This document shows, piece after piece, positions 8,787 to 17,902 of a stretch of DNA of 64,000 nt. The translations under genes and the position numbers were made by a program. Location: the IMG/VR virus record IMGVR_UViG_3300047554_000536, positions 8,497-72,496 of that record; one strand, 5' to 3'. The notes beneath the pieces were generated by a model. That model had not been told where the DNA came from and searched no databases. It worked only from the letters and a program-made list of their open reading frames with translations. The DNA is from a virus. Position 1 is the stretch's first letter. Each line of letters begins with the position of its first letter.

Positions 8787-11010
8787 AATTATCACAGACA
8801 TGGCTGGTGTTGTCGAACTAGCCAATTACATTAAGAACGGAAACATTATCGCATACGATATTGAGACAACTAGTGTCAATCCTCGAACAGGAATGATCAT
8901 TGGTTTCTCTGTATCTGCAAATATCGATGAGGGTTATTACTTCCCAACACGATACTGGGATACTGATAGTCAGGCATTGGTAGATTCTTACATTGATGGT
9001 AAGAGTTGTGATGAGGTCGCTAAGCAACTAATCAACTTACTTAAAGGTAAAAAGTTAGTGATGCATAACGGATCGTTCGATATTCGGTTCACGAAGAACT
9101 TCTATGGCATTGATCTTCGTGATGATCTCTACTGCGATACGATGTTGCTGCGACATACTCTTAAAGAGGATGGTCCATTCGGTTTGAAAGATATTGCAAT
9201 CGAATTACAAGCTGAACTTGGTATTAATGCTGAGAAAGAAGCCAACGAGGAGCAGATCCTAATGAAGGAGAATATCAAAGCTAATGGTGGTAGTACTACA
9301 AAAGACAACTATGAGATTTACAAAGCAGATATGCAGCTACTAGGAAACTATGCAGCAGCCGATACTGACTTAACTCTTCGTGTGATGACTTACTACCTAC
9401 CAATCCTAAAAGAGCAGGAGTTGTGGGACTTCTTCTTTGTTGATGAGGTGATGCCTCTATACAAGACTGTTACTATTCAGATGGAAGAGAAGGGTACTGA
9501 GCTTGATATGGAATTGATTCAAAAGACTAAGAACGATATCACCATCGAGCTTGCTAAACTTGAGCAAGAGATTATATCTGACCTGATGACTATTCCAGCT
9601 GCTAAGCAGTGGGTAATGTTCAAAGCAACAAAGTCGTTTCCACCTAAGAAGCGAGGTAACTATGCTGAACGATTGAAAAAGTATGAGAATCCAGAGAACC
9701 CGGATGGTGTAGCTCGATTCTTATCTACTGGTGATCCAGCTGACTTAGATACTAGAGATGCTGTTAAGATTAGTTTGGATATGTGGAAAGAGAAAGAAGG
9801 AAACTATCTCAACATTAGTAGTAAGCAGCAGTTAGCAGAGATTGTATTTAAGTATATGAAGATCAAACCTATGAGTCAGACTCGCAAAGGTACCGATCAA
9901 TTCAACGATGATATGATTGAGCATCTTAGTAAAGATCATTCATGGGCTGCAAAGTTGCGTGACTACAACAAACTGACCAAGATTAACTCAGCATACATTG
10001 ATCGATTCTTAGATGGGAACGAGAACGGTCGTTACTATTGGTACTTTAAACAGCATGGTACAACATCAGGACGATTTAGCTCTGACTGTCAACAAATGCC
10101 ACGTGTATTGGAACCAGGTGAGGTGAGTGATTTAGTATTGAAGTACAATAACATTCTACGAAGCTTCTTGAAAGCAGAGGATGATCGTCGATTGATTATT
10201 TGTGACCAATCTTCACTAGAGCCACGAGTGTTTGCATCTGTGAGTAATGACCCTAATCTAATCAATGTATTCTTAGAGAACGAGGACCTTTATAGTCGTG
10301 TTGCTATTCAAGCATTCAAACTAAAAGGAATGTCAGCTAAGAAGAGTGATCCTAACTTCGTGAAGACTTTGCGTCCTGAGTTGAGACAGAGAGCTAAAGG
10401 TATTGCACTTGCAATTCCTTATGGAGCTGGAGCTTGGCAGATTGGTCAATCTCTCAACATCAACATGAATGAAGCACAGAAGTTGATCGATGGTTATCTT
10501 GAGGGTTTTCCTGAGCTAGCTAAGTGGATGAGTGATACTCACTTGCGTGCTCAATCGTTTGGGTATATCAAGAACAAGACTGGACGTATTCGTCACTTGG
10601 ATCGTGTGAAGCAGATTTATGAGAAGTTCGAGGACAACTTGATTGAACCTAGATCGTTTAAGATGATGAAGAGTATGTGTAAGACTCCTGAGCAGACTCA
10701 GAAGATTATGCAACTACGTATGGAGTATAAGAACGGTCTTAACAACTCAAAGAACTTCCAGATTCAATCACTAGCTGCATCTATTATGAACCGATCAGCT
10801 ATTGCAATCCACAAAGAGTTTAAAGAGAAGGGATTGGATGCATACATCATGTTGCAGATTCATGATGAGTTTGTTGTGAATGCTCCAGTAGAGATTGCTG
10901 AAGAGGTAGCTAAGATCGTTAAGCATCACATGGAGAACACAGTAACTATTCCAACTGGATTGATCGCTGAGCCAAACATTGCATTAAATTTTGGAGAGGG
11001 GCACGTTTAA
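8770..11010 (+). CDS. polA: family A DNA polymerase with 3'-5' exonuclease
   Basis: Exo YDIET, HNGSFD, YAAADT; polymerase TTSGRFSS, motif A CDQSSLEPR, motif B RQRAKGIALAIPYG, motif C QIHDE. Confidence 0.95.
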   Translation: MEKTYKIITDMAGVVELANYIKNGNIIAYDIETTSVNPRTGMIIGFSVSANIDEGYYFPTRYWDTDSQALVDSYIDGKSCDEVAKQLINLLKGKKLVMHNGSFDIRFTKNFYGIDLRDDLYCDTMLLRHTLKEDGPFGLKDIAIELQAELGINAEKEANEEQILMKENIKANGGSTTKDNYEIYKADMQLLGNYAAADTDLTLRVMTYYLPILKEQELWDFFFVDEVMPLYKTVTIQMEEKGTELDMELIQKTKNDITIELAKLEQEIISDLMTIPAAKQWVMFKATKSFPPKKRGNYAERLKKYENPENPDGVARFLSTGDPADLDTRDAVKISLDMWKEKEGNYLNISSKQQLAEIVFKYMKIKPMSQTRKGTDQFNDDMIEHLSKDHSWAAKLRDYNKLTKINSAYIDRFLDGNENGRYYWYFKQHGTTSGRFSSDCQQMPRVLEPGEVSDLVLKYNNILRSFLKAEDDRRLIICDQSSLEPRVFASVSNDPNLINVFLENEDLYSRVAIQAFKLKGMSAKKSDPNFVKTLRPELRQRAKGIALAIPYGAGAWQIGQSLNINMNEAQKLIDGYLEGFPELAKWMSDTHLRAQSFGYIKNKTGRIRHLDRVKQIYEKFEDNLIEPRSFKMMKSMCKTPEQTQKIMQLRMEYKNGLNNSKNFQIQSLAASIMNRSAIAIHKEFKEKGLDAYIMLQIHDEFVVNAPVEIAEEVAKIVKHHMENTVTIPTGLIAEPNIALNFGEGHV

Positions 11011-11023
11011 AACGTATCCCCTC
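10996..11023 (+). terminator. hairpin at the polA 3' end
   Basis: GAGGGGCACGTT/AACGTATCCCCTC imperfect stem; weak U-tract. Confidence 0.45.
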
Positions 11024-11097
11024 CCTATTTATATACAGACCTGAGGGCAAGCTCAGTTACGAATTTTATTAATTAACCATCTAAGGAGGTAAACATT

Positions 11098-11508
11098 ATG
11101 AACACAGAAGTCACTTTTGACGTCCTATTCCGGGACCTATTTAACGCACATTCGCGTTTCGGATCTATTTCAGAGATCAAAATTCCACACCCAGTAGACA
11201 TTTATGAACATTCAGACGGTCTTGTATTTGAGATCGCTTGTACTGGTTTGAGTAAAGATGAAGTCGATATTGATATCGAACTTGATGTACTCAAAGTGTC
11301 CTACAACAAACCAAAGCAGCATGACGGAGAAGAAGAAGCTCGCACATATCAGTGCAGAGGCATTGCTCGTCGATCATTTAATCTAGCTTACAAAATCTCA
11401 CCAAAGTACACTCTATCAGAGAGTACAGCGGCTATGGAGAATGGTCTATTGATCATCACTATTCCATTTGCAGAAGAAGCTAAACCAAAAAAGTTACAAA
11501 TTAAATAA
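11098..11508 (+). CDS. Hsp20/alpha-crystallin small heat-shock protein
   Basis: PVDIYE, RGIARRSF, AAMENGLLII, KPKKLQI motifs. Confidence 0.9.
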   Translation: MNTEVTFDVLFRDLFNAHSRFGSISEIKIPHPVDIYEHSDGLVFEIACTGLSKDEVDIDIELDVLKVSYNKPKQHDGEEEARTYQCRGIARRSFNLAYKISPKYTLSESTAAMENGLLIITIPFAEEAKPKKLQIK

Positions 11509-11568
11509 ACCAACGCTTGCTCTTGGGTCTTTTTTTCGTATATTAATTAAAACAACAGTTATATAATT

Positions 11569-11865
11569 ATGAGTAGTGTATTCGAACCTATTAGCGATAA
11601 GCTAGTATGCAAACCTGTCGAACAGGATGAAATTAGCTCAGGTGGTATCTTATTGCCTGAAGTGGATGATCAAAAAACATTAAAAGCAGAGGTAGTGGAA
11701 GCCGGTAAAGGTTTCTGGGCAGCTCCTAGTCTGTTTGTGGAAACAACCTGCAAACCTGGAGACATTGTAATCTATCAGCGCTTCGCAGCCCAAGTAATGG
11801 AGTATGATGGTGTAGACTATCATATCGTACAAGAGCGCGACTTACTAACAAAAATCAAAAAGTAA
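11569..11865 (+). CDS. groES: co-chaperonin GroES
   Basis: PISDK, SGGILLP, KPGDIV, ERDLL motifs; adjacent to groEL. Confidence 0.9.
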   Translation: MSSVFEPISDKLVCKPVEQDEISSGGILLPEVDDQKTLKAEVVEAGKGFWAAPSLFVETTCKPGDIVIYQRFAAQVMEYDGVDYHIVQERDLLTKIKK

Positions 11866-11867
11866 AT

Positions 11868-13475
11868 ATGAGCAAGACAAAGGTTTTAAGTTTCAATTCA
11901 GAAGCGCGCGACAAAGTGCGTAGTGGTGTTAATCAGTTATCATCTGCAGTTCAAGCAACACTAGGGCCAAAAGGTCGTAACGTGATGATTGAGCGTGAGC
12001 ATGGTGGTCCAGTTATCACAAAGGATGGTGTATCAGTAGCTAAGGAGATTTATCTAAAAGATCCAGTAGAGAATGCAGGTGCACAAGCCTTAAAAGAGGT
12101 TTCAATGAAAGCAGCTAAGATGGCTGGTGATGGTACAACTACCGCAACCGTATTGGCAGCTTATATGTACAACGAAGGTTTGAAAGCAATCAATGCTGGT
12201 CACAATCCTATCGAGCTTAAGCGTGGTATGGATAAGGCGTCAGCAGCAGTTATTGATAATCTTCGTGAGATGAGTCGTGACGTAGTCACAAATGAAGAAA
12301 TCCAACAAGTAGCAACAATCTCAGCAAACAACGATTCAACAATCGGAGCAATCATTGCTGAGGCTATGGAAAGTGTTGGTAAGAATGGTGTGATCCAGGT
12401 GGACGAGTCTAAGACTTCGGAGACTACATTGGAGATTGTTGAGGGTATGCAGATTGAGCGTGGATTTGTTTCACCTTACTTTGCAACAAACAATAACACA
12501 ATGACAACTACATTGGAGAATCCGTACATCTTGATCTACGACCGTAAGATTAGCTCTGTTAAAGACATCTTACCATTGTTGGAGACTTGTAGTAAGCAAA
12601 ACAAACCACTCGTAATTATCGCTGATGATGTTGATGGTGAAGCTTTAGCTGCACTAGTACTTAACAAAGCTCGTGGTATCTTGAATGTAGTAGCAATCAA
12701 AGCTCCAGGATTTGGTGATCGTAAGATTCACAACCTAGAAGACATTGCTATCCTAACTGGTGGTACTGTTGTAGCACAGCAAAAGGCAATGAAGTTGGAG
12801 AAACTGACAATCGAGATGTTAGGTACGTCACGTACTGTCACAGTTTCTCAAAATGAAACTATCATTGTGGATGGTGCTGGTGATTCAGAGGCTATTAAGG
12901 CTCGTATCGAAGAAATCAAAGCTCAGTATGAAAAAGCTGATAGCGATTACGAGAAACAATTCTTGAAAGAGCGTATGAGTAAATTGATTGGTGGTGTTGC
13001 AGTGTTAAACATTGGAGCAGCAACAGAGATTGAACTCAAAGAAAAGAAAGACCGCGTTGACGATGCATTGCATGCAACACGTGCAGCTGTTGAAGAAGGA
13101 ATTGTTCCAGGTGGTGGTATTGCTCTATACAATGCATCACAAATTGATGTCGAGGTTGAGAACGAAGACCAAGAAGTTGGAGTTAAGATTGTTAAGAGAG
13201 CATGCTTTGCACCATTTAAAGCAATCGTAGAGAATGCAGGAAAGAGTGCTGAAGCTTTAGTAGCAAACATTGACAGCGATACTTGGGGTTATGATGCTCG
13301 TAATGATCGCTTTGTTGATATGTTTGTAGCTGGTATTATCGATCCAACTAAAGTTACACGTACAGCAATCGAATTAGCTACATCAGCAGCTAGTACACTA
13401 TTAACAACTGAGTGTGTTATCAGTTTTGATCCTGAAGAGAAGGATGAGAAAGGGTCCGCACCAGCTTATTACTAA
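11868..13475 (+). CDS. groEL: chaperonin GroEL
   Basis: TLGPKGRNV, ITKDGVSVA, AGDGTTTATVLA, KAPGFGD, GIVPGGG motifs. Confidence 0.97.
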   Translation: MSKTKVLSFNSEARDKVRSGVNQLSSAVQATLGPKGRNVMIEREHGGPVITKDGVSVAKEIYLKDPVENAGAQALKEVSMKAAKMAGDGTTTATVLAAYMYNEGLKAINAGHNPIELKRGMDKASAAVIDNLREMSRDVVTNEEIQQVATISANNDSTIGAIIAEAMESVGKNGVIQVDESKTSETTLEIVEGMQIERGFVSPYFATNNNTMTTTLENPYILIYDRKISSVKDILPLLETCSKQNKPLVIIADDVDGEALAALVLNKARGILNVVAIKAPGFGDRKIHNLEDIAILTGGTVVAQQKAMKLEKLTIEMLGTSRTVTVSQNETIIVDGAGDSEAIKARIEEIKAQYEKADSDYEKQFLKERMSKLIGGVAVLNIGAATEIELKEKKDRVDDALHATRAAVEEGIVPGGGIALYNASQIDVEVENEDQEVGVKIVKRACFAPFKAIVENAGKSAEALVANIDSDTWGYDARNDRFVDMFVAGIIDPTKVTRTAIELATSAASTLLTTECVISFDPEEKDEKGSAPAYY

Positions 13476-13485
13476 TCCGTTAGAT

Positions 13486-13508
13486 GGGGGCTACGGCCCC
13501 CTTTTTTT
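13486..13508 (+). terminator. intrinsic terminator after groEL
   Basis: GGGGGC-TACG-GCCCCC plus T7. Confidence 0.9.
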
Positions 13509-13513
13509 GATTT

Positions 13514-13732
13514 ATGCAAAACTTACAACAACAAATAGATTTTTCTCAAGCAGATACATACACATGCGAAGAGTGTGGTAATGAGAAGTTCGTAGTGAAT
13601 TACCTTATTAAGAGGTTTTCACCAATCGTATCGCCAACCGGACAGGAGATGTTAACTCCAGTACAAGCATTTGCTTGTGCTAAGTGCGGTCACATTAATA
13701 AAGACTTCTTGCCAGAAAACGATACACTCTAG
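13514..13732 (+). CDS. small zinc-ribbon protein
   Basis: CEECG ... CAKCGH. Confidence 0.75.
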   Translation: MQNLQQQIDFSQADTYTCEECGNEKFVVNYLIKRFSPIVSPTGQEMLTPVQAFACAKCGHINKDFLPENDTL

Positions 13733-13767
13733 TTGCTAGATTAAAATTAATTTAGTATCTTTATTGT

Positions 13768-14649
13768 ATGGCAAAGAAGACAGTTTCATATTCACAATTC
13801 TCTTTATACGCGAATTGTCCTAGAAGATGGAAACTTGATTATATCGACGGTCTTAGAAAGTATGAGCAAACCATTAACACTTGTTTTGGTACTGCCTTTC
13901 ACAAAACCGTCCAAGATTATTTACAAGTTTTATACTTCAAGTCAGTCAAAGAGGCTGACTCAATAGATTTAGAGGAAGCGCTTAAGCAAGCGTTATTCGA
14001 AGAGTATAAAGAGTCACTCACCAAGAATGGTGGAGTGCATTATTCAACACCGCAAGAGCTAGCTCAGTTCTATATGGAGGGTGCAGCTATTCTCAAGTAT
14101 TTTCAACGACATCGTAGAGTGTACTTTAGTACTAAGAATACGGAGTTAGTTGGTATTGAGATTCCGCTAAACCAAGCCTTGATCAATAACATCGAGTTCA
14201 ATGGATTCATTGATATTGTTATTAAAGAGACTACCACAGGACGATACAAGATAATCGACTTGAAGACTAGTAATCAAGGATGGAACAAGTATCAGAAAGC
14301 TGATCAAACAAAGACAGCTCAGCTGATCCTATATAAGGAGTTCTATGCAAAGCAGTTGGGTATTGATCCTGAGTTGATTGATGTAGAGTACCTAATTGTA
14401 CGTCGAAACATCAATGAGAATAGCGACTTCCCAATGAAGCGTATTCAGACATTTGTTCCAGCTAGTGGTAAACCTACAAGAAATAAGATTGGTAAGATGT
14501 TTATTGATTTTGTGCAGAGTGCGTTCACTGAGGATGGAACCTACAACACGGAAGGTCAGTATCCAGCAATCGCATGCTCAGCTTGTAAGTATTGTCCATA
14601 TGCGAGTGAGGAGGTTTTATGTCCTAAAAAGGAGAGACTTAAATCATGA
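13768..14649 (+). CDS. PD-(D/E)XK RecB/Cas4-like exonuclease
   Basis: SYSQ..CP, GTAFH, GFIDIV, IIDLKT, QLILY, C-terminal CxxCxxCPY...C; promoter at 13732-13763. Confidence 0.85.
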   Translation: MAKKTVSYSQFSLYANCPRRWKLDYIDGLRKYEQTINTCFGTAFHKTVQDYLQVLYFKSVKEADSIDLEEALKQALFEEYKESLTKNGGVHYSTPQELAQFYMEGAAILKYFQRHRRVYFSTKNTELVGIEIPLNQALINNIEFNGFIDIVIKETTTGRYKIIDLKTSNQGWNKYQKADQTKTAQLILYKEFYAKQLGIDPELIDVEYLIVRRNINENSDFPMKRIQTFVPASGKPTRNKIGKMFIDFVQSAFTEDGTYNTEGQYPAIACSACKYCPYASEEVLCPKKERLKS

Positions 14650-15119
14650 GTACGTTGCTAGATGTTTCAATGCAGCGAATCAATACATTGAATACTAAAT
14701 TGATTCCATCAGCAACGAGAGTGTTTGAGCGCTGCCATAAAGAAAAGATCCCAGTCTATGTTGTTTGGGGTAGTCGTACTGTAGAACAGCAAGATGTGTT
14801 GTTCCGGTTAGGACGAACTGCTCCGGGACCGCTTCAAACAACAAAGAGGGGTGGCTTTAGCGCTCACAATTATGGACTAGCTTTGGACTTTTGTCTACTA
14901 TTCGATGGTGCGATAATGAGTTGGGAAGATTGTTATCCAAGAGACTATTGGCGCAACAAGTGGTTAAAGGTGGTAAGGTACTTTGAGGAAGAAGGTTGGG
15001 AATCAGGATGGCGCTGGCCAAGTTTTGAGCCAGGTCACGTACAAAATTTATTAGGATATTCAGTTCTAGATTTATATGAGCAAGCTAGTAATAGGAATTA
15101 CGGGAACAAAGACGTTTGA
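14646..15119 (+). CDS. M15-family peptidase (endolysin-like)
   Basis: SRTVEQQ..L...GR, SAHNYGLALD, W...EPGHVQ. Confidence 0.8.
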   Translation: MSTLLDVSMQRINTLNTKLIPSATRVFERCHKEKIPVYVVWGSRTVEQQDVLFRLGRTAPGPLQTTKRGGFSAHNYGLALDFCLLFDGAIMSWEDCYPRDYWRNKWLKVVRYFEEEGWESGWRWPSFEPGHVQNLLGYSVLDLYEQASNRNYGNKDV

Positions 15120-15495
15120 GAATAAATCAATGATCAAGACGTTTATACACAAACTGAAAGAGCACATTGCACCAGAAGATGAGCTTGTTATTGTTGGTTT
15201 GGGAGACTTGAATGGAGCAGATAAGTATGTTAAGAAGTATGCTTTGGAGTTGGGTTATACCTATCGTGAGATGAACGCACCACATACTAATAAGAATCTG
15301 TATAGTCTAATGTCAGAGGGTTATTATGCACAGCCGTATAGTCATAAGAATATGTTTTTACGTAACACTATCTTTTGTCAGTATGTGAATAAGTGTGTAG
15401 TGTTTGATGACTCAAATACCACAGATAAGAAGGTTGTTAACCTAATTAAACAGCTTACTAAGGCTAGAAAAAAGGCGATCATTCTAACTCCGTGA
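15076..15495 (+). CDS. SLOG/YspA-like (DUF2493-like) nucleotide-binding protein
   Basis: IGITG, GAD..K.YA, RN..I pattern. Confidence 0.6.
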   Translation: MSKLVIGITGTKTFENKSMIKTFIHKLKEHIAPEDELVIVGLGDLNGADKYVKKYALELGYTYREMNAPHTNKNLYSLMSEGYYAQPYSHKNMFLRNTIFCQYVNKCVVFDDSNTTDKKVVNLIKQLTKARKKAIILTP

Positions 15496-15507
15496 TATTT
15501 ATATCAA

Positions 15508-15918
15508 ATGACCGATCCAGAATTAAACATATTACGCGAGTGCCTTGGTGACCTAACCATGTACATGGGAGGTAACGGTGTATCCGTTGATCCAGCGCCT
15601 AGAGTAATCTTGAACAAGCAACCACAAGACATTGAGCAACCGATGTTTAATCCTACAGCTCACTACAGTCCGGTAGATAAGTCGATCACACTATACACTC
15701 ACGGAAGACACATCAAAGACATCTTACGCAGCTTTGCTCATGAGATGATCCACCACGACCAGAACATGAATGGTCTATTGAAGATGGAATTAGTGGGTGA
15801 TGCTAGTGATCCTAAGTACGCTCAGAATAATGATCATCTTAGAAAGCTTGAAGAAGATGCTTACCTACGTGGTAACATGATGTTCAGGGATTGGGCTGAC
15901 AATAGAAAATATAAGTAA
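15508..15918 (+). CDS. zincin-like metalloprotein
   Basis: DILRSFAHEMIHH and distal E..AY; TATTTATA just upstream. Confidence 0.65.
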   Translation: MTDPELNILRECLGDLTMYMGGNGVSVDPAPRVILNKQPQDIEQPMFNPTAHYSPVDKSITLYTHGRHIKDILRSFAHEMIHHDQNMNGLLKMELVGDASDPKYAQNNDHLRKLEEDAYLRGNMMFRDWADNRKYK

Positions 15919-16346
15919 TGAAACTTAGAAAACTACTAGAAAACATCGCAGGTTATCCTCAGCAACAACAGCATGATGACCATGAAGCGTCAATGGCGCT
16001 TACAGATTTACGATCAATTGCTCAGAGAGCTCAGGAGTTAGCTGATCATCTTGAAAAAGAGGGTGTCACACAGCTAGAAGGCTGGGTACAATCTAAGATC
16101 ACTAAGTCAGCTGATTACATTAACGCTGTATACGATGAGCATATGTTTGGTGGTCAGCATCAAGGATGTGCTGATTGTGGTCACGAGAGAGAGGAAGAAG
16201 ATGATGAGGAGGATTTAGATGAATCAAAACCTAACCCAAACAGCACTTGCTGTGGTCGTTGTGGACGATTCCATGTGAAAGGAACTCCTTGCCGTAAGCC
16301 ATTCCTAACTGGGGATAAGCATTGCAGCAGAAGACCAAGAAAATAG
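15918..16346 (+). CDS. hypothetical protein with acidic tract and Cys/His C-terminus
   Basis: WVQSKITKSADY motif; CCGRCGRFH. Confidence 0.6.
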   Translation: MKLRKLLENIAGYPQQQQHDDHEASMALTDLRSIAQRAQELADHLEKEGVTQLEGWVQSKITKSADYINAVYDEHMFGGQHQGCADCGHEREEEDDEEDLDESKPNPNSTCCGRCGRFHVKGTPCRKPFLTGDKHCSRRPRK

Positions 16347-16408
16347 TTACAATAAATGTGGGATAGCTCCCAAAAAAGTTTTATATTAAAGTTATATCTA
16401 AAAACAAC

Positions 16409-17899
16409 ATGAGAGAAGGTTACATTCCAAAAGCGGATCGCAAAACGATTCTATTTCTTGCCGATGATATGCGTTTGCCTAGCGGTATCGGTACAATGAC
16501 ACGAGAATTAATTTTAGGCAATGCACATCGCTATAACTTCGTCCACATTGGTGGAGCAGTTCAACATCCAGAAGCTGGCCAGATCATGGACCTCAGTGAG
16601 GAGATTAGCAAAAACTTTGATATTGAAGATCCGAGTGTATTAATCTATCCAACAAACGGGTATGGTGATCCAGACCTAGTACGATTGATTATTGAGCGTC
16701 ATAGTGTAGATGCTATTGTGCATTTCACAGACCCACGCTATTGGATTTGGTTGTATCGTATGTCAGCAGAATTGAGACAGCGAGTTCCAATCTTCTATTA
16801 TCATATCTGGGATGATCTTCCAGCTCCACACTACAACCGTCCTTATTATGAGTCTTGCGACTTGTTGATGGGGATCAGTAAGCAGTCCGATAATATCGCT
16901 AAGTTGGTATTGGGTGAGGGTAATTATATTGACTTAGATGCTAATCCGGCTAATGAGTTGATTGCTAAGGCACTACCAAAAACTTCATATGTTCCTCACG
17001 GAATTAATCACGAAGTGTTCTTTCCAATTGATAGAGAGGATGAGCGTGTAGTGGAGATGCGTAAAAAGATGTTCGGTGAGGATAATCCTGACTATGTGGT
17101 ATTCTACAACAACCGAAACATCCGTCGTAAGATGACATCAGATGCTATTTTAGCTTTCAAGATGTTCTACGATAAAATAACTGAGTCAGGCTATAGAGAT
17201 GATGTACGTTTTGTACTACACACCCAACCTATTGACGAAAATGGTACAGACTTACCTGCAGTAATTGATGCTATCTGTCCAGAGTTGGTTGATAAGATTT
17301 TAATTACAGATGCACGACTATCACCAGAAGACATGAATGTATTGTATAATTGCTGTGATACAGTAATCAACATTGCATCTAATGAAGGATGGGGATTAAG
17401 TAGTACTGAGGCATTGATGACAGGTCGTACATTAATCAACAACGTGACCGGTGGTCTGCAGGATCAGTGTCGCTTTGAGGATCAAGATGGTAACTGGATT
17501 AAGTTTGATGAGAACTTTGCTAGTAATCATGGAGGTAAATATACTAAGTGTGGTATTTGGGTGAAACCAGTATTCCCAGCAGCAATCAACTTGCAAGGAT
17601 CGATTCCTACTCCATATATCTTTGACGATAGGTGTGATATTCGAGATGTAGCAGAAGCCATGATGTATTGGTTCTCAATGTCTCCAGCTGATCGTAAGAA
17701 GTGTGGTGACGCCGGTCGTGAATGGGCTACTAATCCTGAATCAGGTTTTACAGCTGAAAGGATGTCTAATAAGTTTGCTGAGTGTGTTAACACCGTACTA
17801 GAAAACTGGACACCACCAAAGCGCTTTACTATATACAACGTAAAGAATCAAGTCAATAAACACAACAATAAGAAATCAGGAATCAGCATTAAGCTATAA
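16409..17899 (+). CDS. GT-B (GT4-like) glycosyltransferase
   Basis: SGIG, PHGI, NRNIRRK, NEGWGLSSTEA. Confidence 0.85.
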   Translation: MREGYIPKADRKTILFLADDMRLPSGIGTMTRELILGNAHRYNFVHIGGAVQHPEAGQIMDLSEEISKNFDIEDPSVLIYPTNGYGDPDLVRLIIERHSVDAIVHFTDPRYWIWLYRMSAELRQRVPIFYYHIWDDLPAPHYNRPYYESCDLLMGISKQSDNIAKLVLGEGNYIDLDANPANELIAKALPKTSYVPHGINHEVFFPIDREDERVVEMRKKMFGEDNPDYVVFYNNRNIRRKMTSDAILAFKMFYDKITESGYRDDVRFVLHTQPIDENGTDLPAVIDAICPELVDKILITDARLSPEDMNVLYNCCDTVINIASNEGWGLSSTEALMTGRTLINNVTGGLQDQCRFEDQDGNWIKFDENFASNHGGKYTKCGIWVKPVFPAAINLQGSIPTPYIFDDRCDIRDVAEAMMYWFSMSPADRKKCGDAGREWATNPESGFTAERMSNKFAECVNTVLENWTPPKRFTIYNVKNQVNKHNNKKSGISIKL

Positions 17900-17902
17900 G
17901 TT

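Noticed and set aside
8770-11010. Intein or intron in polA (also considered for thyA)
   Set aside because: Continuous ORFs of plausible size with no intein C...HN boundaries or LAGLIDADG motifs.
13768-14649. Cas4 / CRISPR system
   Set aside because: No repeat-spacer array or other cas genes; a standalone phage PD-(D/E)XK exonuclease.
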